Positions 1-7,990 of a stretch of 64,000 nucleotides of DNA are shown here, in pieces. The stretch is taken from positions 108,807 through 172,806 of the forward strand of contig JBEIPA010000001.1 of NCBI GenBank assembly GCA_040377305.1. The letters are read 5' to 3'. Numbering within the stretch: the stretch's first letter is position 1; every line of letters starts with the position of its first letter. This DNA is from Flavobacteriales bacterium (GTDB taxonomy: Bacteria > Bacteroidota > Bacteroidia > Palsa-965). The position numbers and the translations under genes are program-made. Under the pieces are notes generated by a model. It made no database searches. It was not told the origin of the DNA and saw only the letters and a list, made by a program, of their open reading frames with translations.

Positions 1-1449
1 GATTTCCCACCAGCGCTTGTTGAATTCATTTGCGGGAAGTTCTTTAGCATACAATTCGTACTCGAACTCACTCATGGTACCGGCTTGCCAGTTGAGCGCC
101 ACGATGTACCGCAATGCTTCTTTCAGGAGTTGCTGTGTTGTGTCAATTTGTGTTGATGCATCGACAAGACCTAATCCCTCGAGGAAAGGTTTCTGCATTG
201 CGGCCATACCGAACATAGTTCCAAGTGCTTCGTGATAAGCGCGATTAGCACCTTCACGCAGTATGAACGGCACACTATCGCTGCTGTATTGCATGTAGTA
301 ATAAATGTGACCAAGTTCGTGGTGAGTCGTTTCGTACCAGCGTGAGTTTGGTAAAACGCTCATGAGTGAACGTACATCGTTATCAAGATCCATATGCCAT
401 GCAGATGCGTGGTTGTTCTTCTTAAAGCCGGCGTTCGGACCAACAGGATACAACGATGATTTATCGTAGAATGTTTGCGGCAACGGATCGAAGCCCATGC
501 TCACGTAGAAGCTCTCTGCTTGTTTGATGATCCAGAGTGAATCATATTTCTTCTCTTCAATAATTTTGTCGAGATCAAATCCTTCAACGCTAACCATTTC
601 ACTCCAATCCTGTCCCCACTGATTCGGAAGCCAGTGCGCAGGAATGTAATCAGGAACGTCTTTCACCATGTACTTCTTCGCGAGTTCATAACGCGCCCAT
701 GTGTGAAGCTCACGGTACAACGGATAAATCTCATCGTTAATGCCACGTAGTGTGGTCATCATTTCATCAGCAGTCATTCCGTAATCGGCAACCTGGTAGC
801 TGAAGTAATCATGAAAATCCAAACCTTGCACTGTACGGTTACGCAGCATCCGAAGATTCTCCAATGGCTCATGCAGATTCTGACCTACGCTCTTCGCGCA
901 AACCCATGCATCGAGACGCTTCTGTTCGTTGTTCTCTGTATTCAGAACTTGATCAATATCATTCTTAGTAACTTCCTTTCCATTGAGCATGTACTTGAAT
1001 CCGTACATTTTTTCACTCGCTTCCGTTTCTGCCTTGATCTTCTCCTTCACAATTTCCTCTTCCGTCATCGGATTTGCTCCTGCGAAATAAAGTATGTGCT
1101 CAAGTTGCTCGACTTGTAACGCCGAAAGCTGATCCTTCTTCGCAAGAAACTCTTTCGTCAGTTCAATATTCGCTTTGCTTCCTGTATAATCTGCAAGAGC
1201 TGTTGCAGCGACTTGCGCATTATAAGATGCCACCGTATCGCCTTCAACAATGTGAGTGAGCAATTGCCATTGCGCTTCATTGGTCGCGATGGAAAGCTCC
1301 TTATACTTTACGTTGTAATCCAACAAGAAGGAATCTACACGGGAGCCGATATTGGCATCTGAGTCTTTAACCTCAGTGGGCCCGCAATTGAACAGGAAAA
1401 ATGCAGAAGCAATCGTAAGCCCCGCGAGAATAATTGGTGTCTTCTTCAT
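1..1449 (-). CDS. M2-family zinc metallopeptidase (angiotensin-converting-enzyme-like peptidyl-dipeptidase), C-terminal end cut by window edge
   Basis: Minus-strand ORF starts at ATG 1449-1447 and has no stop before position 1. The N-terminus MKKTPIILAGLTIASAFFLFNC looks like a lipoprotein signal. The zinc site HHELGHIYYYMQY matches the ACE HHEMGHIQY context. The six-frame track missed it because it has no in-window stop. Confidence 0.6.
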   Translation of the reverse strand, partial: MKKTPIILAGLTIASAFFLFNCGPTEVKDSDANIGSRVDSFLLDYNVKYKELSIATNEAQWQLLTHIVEGDTVASYNAQVAATALADYTGSKANIELTKEFLAKKDQLSALQVEQLEHILYFAGANPMTEEEIVKEKIKAETEASEKMYGFKYMLNGKEVTKNDIDQVLNTENNEQKRLDAWVCAKSVGQNLHEPLENLRMLRNRTVQGLDFHDYFSYQVADYGMTADEMMTTLRGINDEIYPLYRELHTWARYELAKKYMVKDVPDYIPAHWLPNQWGQDWSEMVSVEGFDLDKIIEEKKYDSLWIIKQAESFYVSMGFDPLPQTFYDKSSLYPVGPNAGFKKNNHASAWHMDLDNDVRSLMSVLPNSRWYETTHHELGHIYYYMQYSSDSVPFILREGANRAYHEALGTMFGMAAMQKPFLEGLGLVDASTQIDTTQQLLKEALRYIVALNWQAGTMSEFEYELYAKELPANEFNKRWWEI

Positions 1450-1560
1450 AGCTAAAAAATGAAGGTCAAATGTATCGAAGAATCCTGAAGAAATGCACGA
1501 ATTCTGCACTTGAATGATGAGCTGAAAATGAGCAGGATGTGCGGTAAATACTAGGTGCGA

Positions 1561-3531
1561 CTACTGTCCGCCGCGCTTGTAGTACTCTTTTGCGGCATTA
1601 GCAGCGCCCACCGAATCGCCCATCGCCTGATAGTTCGTGTACAGCATTTTCCACGGAGTCAGATCACTAGGATTCAATCGTGCTAAATGCTCAAATGCCT
1701 CGTTCGACTTTGCATAATCACCACTCATTCCTGCGAGATTTCCGAGTTTGTTCCAGGCCTCTATTGATGTCGAATCAACTTGTCCGGCGAATTCATAAGC
1801 GCGGATAGCATCTGCTGTGTCCTTTGCCCCGAATCGCGAATTCCCAAACTTGATGAGAATAGGTGCTGTTGTATCCGTTGCTTTCATTAGCTCCCGGTAA
1901 TAAAAACCCGCACTGTCGTATTGTAAAGTCATCATGTACGCATCACCTATATTCTCATGTGATCCGGTGTATCCAGGGAATATCTGAATCGTGCGTAACG
2001 ACCATTTTACCGACTCCCTATAATTCTTGCGACGATACTCAACGACACCAAGATTCACACACGACTGAATATCCATGGAATCAATCGCAAACGCGGTTGT
2101 GAATTCCGCATACGCCATGTTCAGCAGTTGGTTCCTGTTTACCTCAACCGTTTCGCTTTGTGCATTACCCATAAGCAAAACACCATAATTATAATGGACA
2201 CGGGCACTATTGGGAGCATGGTCAACATCGATTGTGAACAGTACAGATTCATACGCCCATGCACGACTTCTGTTCAATGTTAATCCGGTCCAAATGAGAA
2301 TCAATATTGCCGAAGCAGAAATTGCCTTAAGGTGAAATCCGGAAACGTCAAGACCCTTTGTCAATTTTAGTATCAGCCATGCGACGAAAATTGCAAAGCC
2401 GAGTGAAGGAACGAATGCAAGCCGATCACCCATTGTTTCTCCGATGATGAAAAATATATTGGAGGTGAGTGCAAATGCAATGAGGTAAAACAAAATTCCG
2501 AATGACGGTACCGGATTCCTTCTGAAATTAAGAATCGCCCATGCCAATCCACCACCAAGCAATAGCAGTGCAACGATCGCCCACGCATCCGCAAAACCAT
2601 TCACCGGAATTTCGTTGAACGAATAATTATAGCTCAGCGGATAGCCGATGATCATCTTCGCTATGTAACGACCCTGAATTCCAATCGCCGTACCTACTTG
2701 AGTCAACCACCCATCTGCCGCCAGCAAGGCATTGTGATGATAATCATAAGTGACTTTACTTGAAGGTGCACTTAGAATTACGGCACGATGATATGCAAAC
2801 CAGATCAAGCTTACGCCGAGCAGAATCGCGCCGGGTTTGATCAATTCCTTCACCGTCATTCCGCGAAATTGCATCAGCATCAGAAGCGCAATCGGCAACA
2901 TTAGCGCAGCGCCTTCCTTCGATAACAAAGCGAGAAAGAAAAATAGTGCGGAAAAATAAAGTGACGATGTAGTGTTCTTATCCTTCCATTTCAACAAAGC
3001 CCGAAATCCTAACACCGAAAACAACAACGACAAAATCTCGTCGGCACTCTTCAGGTTCGCTCCTACTTCTGTATGAACTGGCATCACCATCCAAATTAAC
3101 GTTGCAAGGAAAGCCAGCGTAACAGAATAGTCCTTGAACAGTTCGCGCAGGAAACGATACAACTGAACACACAAAAGGGAAAGAAGCACAACATGTACAA
3201 AGTGATAGAATCCTGGACTGTCGGGCCTAATTTGCCACTCCGTTGCAAAGAGCAAAAGTGAAACCGGGCGAAACAATCCGGCATTGTCATCCCAGAATCC
3301 ATCCCAATAAAATGTGGTGAGGATTTTACCGAATCCGCTAAATCCTTCTTTCACAAATTCGTTTGCAAACAACACCGCTCGGTCATCCAACGCATAATCG
3401 AATCCAACAGTTTGGATGTACAATAGAAACGCAAAAGCCCCGAGCAGATAACCGATCTTGCGATCGTCAGCCCAGAAATTTTTCTTCAATGTCGTAATCG
3501 GTCTATCAGCCTTGGCTTTCGCTTTCGCCAT
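1561..3531 (-). CDS. GT-C-fold membrane glycosyltransferase-like protein (PMT/ArnT/DUF2723-like) with C-terminal TPR repeats
   Basis: 656-aa ORF with ATG start. The N-terminal ~450 aa are polytopic membrane with an FDYALDD loop motif. The C-terminal ~150 aa are TPR-like helices (AIRAYEFAGQV, AWNKLGNLAG). Confidence 0.45.
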   Translation of the reverse strand: MAKAKAKADRPITTLKKNFWADDRKIGYLLGAFAFLLYIQTVGFDYALDDRAVLFANEFVKEGFSGFGKILTTFYWDGFWDDNAGLFRPVSLLLFATEWQIRPDSPGFYHFVHVVLLSLLCVQLYRFLRELFKDYSVTLAFLATLIWMVMPVHTEVGANLKSADEILSLLFSVLGFRALLKWKDKNTTSSLYFSALFFFLALLSKEGAALMLPIALLMLMQFRGMTVKELIKPGAILLGVSLIWFAYHRAVILSAPSSKVTYDYHHNALLAADGWLTQVGTAIGIQGRYIAKMIIGYPLSYNYSFNEIPVNGFADAWAIVALLLLGGGLAWAILNFRRNPVPSFGILFYLIAFALTSNIFFIIGETMGDRLAFVPSLGFAIFVAWLILKLTKGLDVSGFHLKAISASAILILIWTGLTLNRSRAWAYESVLFTIDVDHAPNSARVHYNYGVLLMGNAQSETVEVNRNQLLNMAYAEFTTAFAIDSMDIQSCVNLGVVEYRRKNYRESVKWSLRTIQIFPGYTGSHENIGDAYMMTLQYDSAGFYYRELMKATDTTAPILIKFGNSRFGAKDTADAIRAYEFAGQVDSTSIEAWNKLGNLAGMSGDYAKSNEAFEHLARLNPSDLTPWKMLYTNYQAMGDSVGAANAAKEYYKRGGQ

Positions 3532-3950
3532 GCGTAAATATAGTCAGAATGCTGATTTTGGCATATATCGCAACAGCTCAGCTCCAAGTAGTGATCAACG
3601 CAAAAAATTCATGGCTTATTTATTAGATTCTGCGCTATTGCAACTCTTGAATTTCAAGTGCTAACCGTTTCGGAAACTAACTTTGGCGTGATGAAAAACT
3701 GCAACTCTATGAACACTTCGAATATAGTTCGTTGCCATTGCATTCGTAATACCATTTTCTGCATTACCACTTTCCCGCCGATTCAGTAGTCTGCGGATCG
3801 CATGGAAGCATCACGCTTCTAAATCTCCGAAAGAGTCCTTTGTACCAATTGATTAACGATTTCAACTAACTGATCCGTCTTGTACGAGCCTGTTCTTCCG
3901 CGTACACGTTATTGGAGGAACGATGTTCTACGGACACAAAACATATCCGC

Positions 3951-5159
3951 ATGCTAAACACAATTGTTCTCATCATACCCCTACTCCTGCTGATTGTATT
4001 CATCGAATGGTACAGCAGTTATCGCCATGATCGCAAAACATACACCCATGGAAATTTTGCAATGAACATCACCATTGGTGCTATGGATCAGGTCGCGTCC
4101 TTATTCTATTTTACTTCTCTCTACTTCACATTAGAATTCATCTACTCGCATTTCAGAATGTGGGAATTGAATGATGTTTGGTACATCTGGATAGTCGCGT
4201 ACATTGTAATTGACTTTCTCTCTTACTGGTATCACCGTCTTTCTCATCGCGTAAATATTCTTTGGGCCGGGCATGTTACACACCATTCGTCGGAGCATTT
4301 CAATTTCTCGAATGGATTCCGCACCTCCTTCTTTCAGGGAATCTATCGCATTCTGTTCTGGAGTGTTTTGCCGCTATTCGGATTTTCTCCTGTGATGTTG
4401 ATTATCATTCTGAAAGTTTCAGGGCTTTACGATTTTCTGTTACACACAGAGTACATACCAAAACTTGGCTTTCTTGAAAAGTTTTTGATCACACCATCTC
4501 AGCATCGCGTCCACCACGGACGAAATGAAATTTACATTGATAAAAACTACGGATCAACACTCAACATCTGGGACAAAATGTTCGGCACTTTTCAGGAAGA
4601 AACGGAGAAAGTCGAATACGGAATCACAGGCGAATACAAAGACAACAATCCTTTCATGGCAATTGGGTACTATTATAATTACTTGTGGAAAGCTATGAAG
4701 ACGCAAAATACACTCTGGAATAAGATTCGTCTATTGTTCATTCCGCCCGATCAAACTCCACAGCCGGATTTGAACGTGAAACGACTATGGCCGGTAACTC
4801 CAGACTTGATCACACGACGACTGAAGAACTACGCGTACACCCAAATTCTTCTCACGGTTCCCGCACTGATTGTGATGTTGCTCTACAAAGACTTCATACC
4901 AATCTGGGAATTTGTTTTGTACGCTGCAATAGGCATCAGCTCAGTATCTGTAAGCGCTATGATTCTAAACGATAACGTTGGAAGCATTTTCCACAAAGCA
5001 GAAATGTGGCGCTTGTGGATTTCACTTTTTTGTGTGATAATTCTCTTCGCGAAAAGCGAGCAATTCTATCTACTTGGCATTGCCTTTCTGTTAATGATGT
5101 CGCTGGTTCTATTCACAACGATCAAACTCAGGAAAGATCTCGTTGAGAATCGCGGCTAA
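3951..5159 (+). CDS. fatty-acid hydroxylase / sterol desaturase superfamily membrane protein with extra C-terminal TM domain
   Basis: His boxes HRLSH, HVTHH and HRVHHG are present. The ATG at 3951 (MLNTIVLII) is preferred over the TTG at 3912 in the ORF track. The C-terminal ~150 aa add further TM helices. Confidence 0.7.
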   Translation: MLNTIVLIIPLLLLIVFIEWYSSYRHDRKTYTHGNFAMNITIGAMDQVASLFYFTSLYFTLEFIYSHFRMWELNDVWYIWIVAYIVIDFLSYWYHRLSHRVNILWAGHVTHHSSEHFNFSNGFRTSFFQGIYRILFWSVLPLFGFSPVMLIIILKVSGLYDFLLHTEYIPKLGFLEKFLITPSQHRVHHGRNEIYIDKNYGSTLNIWDKMFGTFQEETEKVEYGITGEYKDNNPFMAIGYYYNYLWKAMKTQNTLWNKIRLLFIPPDQTPQPDLNVKRLWPVTPDLITRRLKNYAYTQILLTVPALIVMLLYKDFIPIWEFVLYAAIGISSVSVSAMILNDNVGSIFHKAEMWRLWISLFCVIILFAKSEQFYLLGIAFLLMMSLVLFTTIKLRKDLVENRG

Positions 5160-5200
5160 AAAAATAATCCCTCCTGTGGAATTCTTCGGACTAATAACAC

Positions 5201-5229
5201 GAAGACACCAAGAAGATTAACTCCTTGGT
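5201..5229. terminator. 9-bp stem hairpin between convergent genes (possible bidirectional terminator)
   Basis: GACACCAAG-n11-CTTGGTGTC. The flanks are only moderately T-rich. Confidence 0.4.
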
Positions 5230-5264
5230 GTCTTGATGAACTTAGTGGTAAAAATAATCTCAGA

Positions 5265-6239
5265 CTACCAGCCGAGTATCCACGCAAAAATCAACGGTGC
5301 GCATATCGTAGCATCACTCTCCACAATAAATTTCGGAGTGTTGATGTCAAGTTTACCCCATGTAATTTTTTCATTCGGAACAGCTCCCGAATAGGAACCG
5401 TATGAAGTTGTTGAATCAGAAATCTGACAGAAGTAAGACCAGAACGGAACATCATGCCATTCCAAATCCTGATACATCATTGGTACCACACAGATTGGAA
5501 AATCTCCAGCGATACCACCACCAATCTGGAAGAAGCCTACGCCTTTACCCGACGAATTCTTGCGGTACCAATCGCTCAGCCATACCATGTAGTCAATACC
5601 ACTTTTCATGGTGGTTGATTTCAAGTCATTCTTGATACAATATGATGCGAAGATGTTGCCCATTGTAGAATCTTCCCATCCCGGAACGATGATTGGCAGA
5701 TTTTTTTCAGCAGCTGCAATCATCCAAGAATTTTTAGGATCGATTTCGTAATACTGTTCAAGTACTCCGCTCTTAATCATCTTATACATGAACTCGTGCG
5801 GGAAATAACGCTCGCCCTTTGTATCAGCATCCTTCCACAATGCGTAAATGTGCTTCTGTAAACGGCGGAATGCTTCTTCTTCAGGAATGCATGTATCAGT
5901 AACACGATTCATTCCCTTCTCAAGAAGATCCCATTCGTCCTGCGGAGTGAGATCGCGATAATTCGGAATGCGACGATAATGCGAATGCGCAACAAGATTC
6001 ATCAAGTCTTCTTCAAGGTTTGCCCCTGTGCAGGAAATGATTGCAATTTTATCCTGGCGAATCATTTCTGCCAAGGAGACCCCGAGCTCTGCAGTACTCA
6101 TTGCACCGGCCAATGAAACCAACATTTTTCCTCCTTCGAGCAAATGTGTTTCATATCCTATCGCCGCATCTTTCAATGCCGCAGCATTAAAGTGACGATA
6201 ATGGTGATCGATAAACTGGGAGACTGGACCTTTATTCAT
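5265..6239 (-). CDS. deoxyhypusine synthase family protein (homospermidine-synthase-like)
   Basis: 324 aa. Contains IISCTGANLEEDL and GGIAGD-like NAD-binding segments typical of the DHS fold. ATG start confirmed. Confidence 0.7.
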   Translation of the reverse strand: MNKGPVSQFIDHHYRHFNAAALKDAAIGYETHLLEGGKMLVSLAGAMSTAELGVSLAEMIRQDKIAIISCTGANLEEDLMNLVAHSHYRRIPNYRDLTPQDEWDLLEKGMNRVTDTCIPEEEAFRRLQKHIYALWKDADTKGERYFPHEFMYKMIKSGVLEQYYEIDPKNSWMIAAAEKNLPIIVPGWEDSTMGNIFASYCIKNDLKSTTMKSGIDYMVWLSDWYRKNSSGKGVGFFQIGGGIAGDFPICVVPMMYQDLEWHDVPFWSYFCQISDSTTSYGSYSGAVPNEKITWGKLDINTPKFIVESDATICAPLIFAWILGW

Positions 6240-6401
6240 TGCTGTGATTGTTAAAATTCAGCGCAAATGTATGTAATAAGTAGACAAGGTTTTAAGTCAC
6301 TAACTATGCAAGTCAAATACCGTTCTGGCTTGCCCACTTAATTACTTCACTACTTAAGTACTTCTCACTAACTTCGCAATGCTTTATAAGTCCACCCCCA
6401 G

Positions 6402-6605
6402 ATGAAAAAAGGCGTAGTGAAATTTTACAACCGCAAGAGCAAATTCGGCTTTATCCGCGATTCAGAAACCGGGACGGAATATTATGTTCATGGGAAAGAC
6501 ATTGCTGGACAAGTGGAAGAAGGCGATGTGGTAACCTTCGAGCTCAAAGAAGAAAAAAGAGGCCCCGCTGCGTGTAACGTAAATCCGGAAAAAACCGAAG
6601 GATAA
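6402..6605 (+). CDS. cold-shock domain protein (CspA family)
   Basis: 67 aa, GVVKFYNRKSKFGFI...YYVHG. The RNP1/RNP2-like motifs of the cold-shock domain are present. Confidence 0.85.
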   Translation: MKKGVVKFYNRKSKFGFIRDSETGTEYYVHGKDIAGQVEEGDVVTFELKEEKRGPAACNVNPEKTEG

Positions 6606-6669
6606 TACAAAACGAAGCATTCCACTTTCCAGATTTTTTGTTGACAAAATATTCACCGTTCTGAACGCG

Positions 6670-6903
6670 TTACCCAAAACGCCGTTTCTGTAACGATTTG
6701 TTTTTCAGCCGATTATTTGAATCACCCCCAAAGTATTCCCTAAGTTCTTTAGCCAAATACACCGGACGTAACCTCGGTTTAACGATAACATAAAATTCCC
6801 ATTCCGCTCCGGTATATTTTTGCCATACATTTGCAACCTGTTCTGAAGTGAACACCCTCAGGAATTGCTTTCTGCAATTGTCCGCAACCGCTTCAGCACG
6901 CAT
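6670..6903 (-). CDS. hypothetical small protein
   Basis: 77-aa ORF with ATG start in an otherwise empty gap. No recognisable motif. Confidence 0.25.
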   Translation of the reverse strand: MRAEAVADNCRKQFLRVFTSEQVANVWQKYTGAEWEFYVIVKPRLRPVYLAKELREYFGGDSNNRLKNKSLQKRRFG

Positions 6904-6998
6904 AGTACCCTATAAGGTATATCGTGTTTTAAGTTTGGTTAATAAATACAAATTCATAATAAACCGCTAGCTGTAAAAGGCTGAATCAATTTTTCGTC

Positions 6999-7925
6999 AT
7001 GAAAAAAATTCTACTCACTATTGCTGTTGCTGCTTCTGCACTAACAATGAATGCACAAACTTTCTGTACAGAGCTTTTCTTCTCTGAATATGTTGAAGGT
7101 TCATCTCACAACAAAGCACTGGAAGTGTACAATCCAACCAATGCACCTGTGAATCTTGCGAACTACCGAGTGATACGTTACAGTAATGGATCCGCAGTTC
7201 CGGTTGACAGTTTCGATCTTACCGGTACAATTGCGGCTCATGATGTTTGGGTAGTAACTAACGGACAAGCTACTCCGGATGCGCAGGGCGCTTTCTGCGA
7301 TTCTACGTTGAGGTCAATGGCAGATCAGTTGGGACCTGCACCATATGTTGCCGGTACTGCAGTAATGTTTATGAATGGTGATGACGCTCTCGGGCTTGCA
7401 CGCATTTCTCCTTACGCGATTGTCGACATCTTCGGTAAAATCGGTGAAGATCCGGGCACGAGTTGGTCGGATGTGTTTCCATATACTGATGCACAAGGTG
7501 CATGGTGGACACGTGATCATGCATTACAACGCAAACCTTCTGTTACCGGTGGAGTAACTGTAAACCCAACGGCATTTAACGTTACAGCTGAATATGACTC
7601 ACTTCCGGAAGATACCTGGACGAATCTGGGGATTCACAACTGTGTTTGTAACAACGTTGGCATTACAGAAAATAATGCGGGCGATAAAATGTCTGTTTAT
7701 CCGAATCCATCAAACGGTGAATTCGTTATCAACACCACTGAAAATATTTCACACATTGAAGTGATCAATGCACTGGGTCAAGTTGTTGTTGTAGAAGAAT
7801 TTACTTCTGCCGATCAGCAAACAACCAAGCGTGTTGACCTTACTGGCATGCCGGGCGGCATATACATGGTTCAGGTACAACTTGAAAACGGAGTTGTGCT
7901 TACTTCTAAGATCACTAAACGCTGA
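6999..7925 (+). CDS. secreted lamin-tail-domain (LTD) protein with T9SS C-terminal sorting domain
   Basis: Signal peptide MKKILLTIAVAASALTMNAQ. The LTD signature is FSEYVEGSSHNKALEVYNPTNAPVNLANYRV. The C-terminal ~80 aa are a Por/T9SS tail (MSVYPNPSNGEF...GIYMVQV). Confidence 0.7.
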   Translation: MKKILLTIAVAASALTMNAQTFCTELFFSEYVEGSSHNKALEVYNPTNAPVNLANYRVIRYSNGSAVPVDSFDLTGTIAAHDVWVVTNGQATPDAQGAFCDSTLRSMADQLGPAPYVAGTAVMFMNGDDALGLARISPYAIVDIFGKIGEDPGTSWSDVFPYTDAQGAWWTRDHALQRKPSVTGGVTVNPTAFNVTAEYDSLPEDTWTNLGIHNCVCNNVGITENNAGDKMSVYPNPSNGEFVINTTENISHIEVINALGQVVVVEEFTSADQQTTKRVDLTGMPGGIYMVQVQLENGVVLTSKITKR

Positions 7926-7952
7926 TTTTTGTACCTGCAGATGTATATTCAA

Positions 7953-7982
7953 AATGCTGACTTTATCGTCAGCATTTTTTTC
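7953..7982 (+). terminator. rho-independent terminator
   Basis: AATGCTGAC-tttatc-GTCAGCATT followed by a T7 run, directly after the stop of 6999-7925. Confidence 0.55.
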
Positions 7983-7990
7983 TGATCACA

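Noticed and set aside
1863-3302. Short ORFs (1863-2102, 2373-2600, 2978-3172, 3096-3302) inside the GT-C gene region.
   Set aside because: All are embedded in, or antisense to, the 656-aa membrane-protein ORF.
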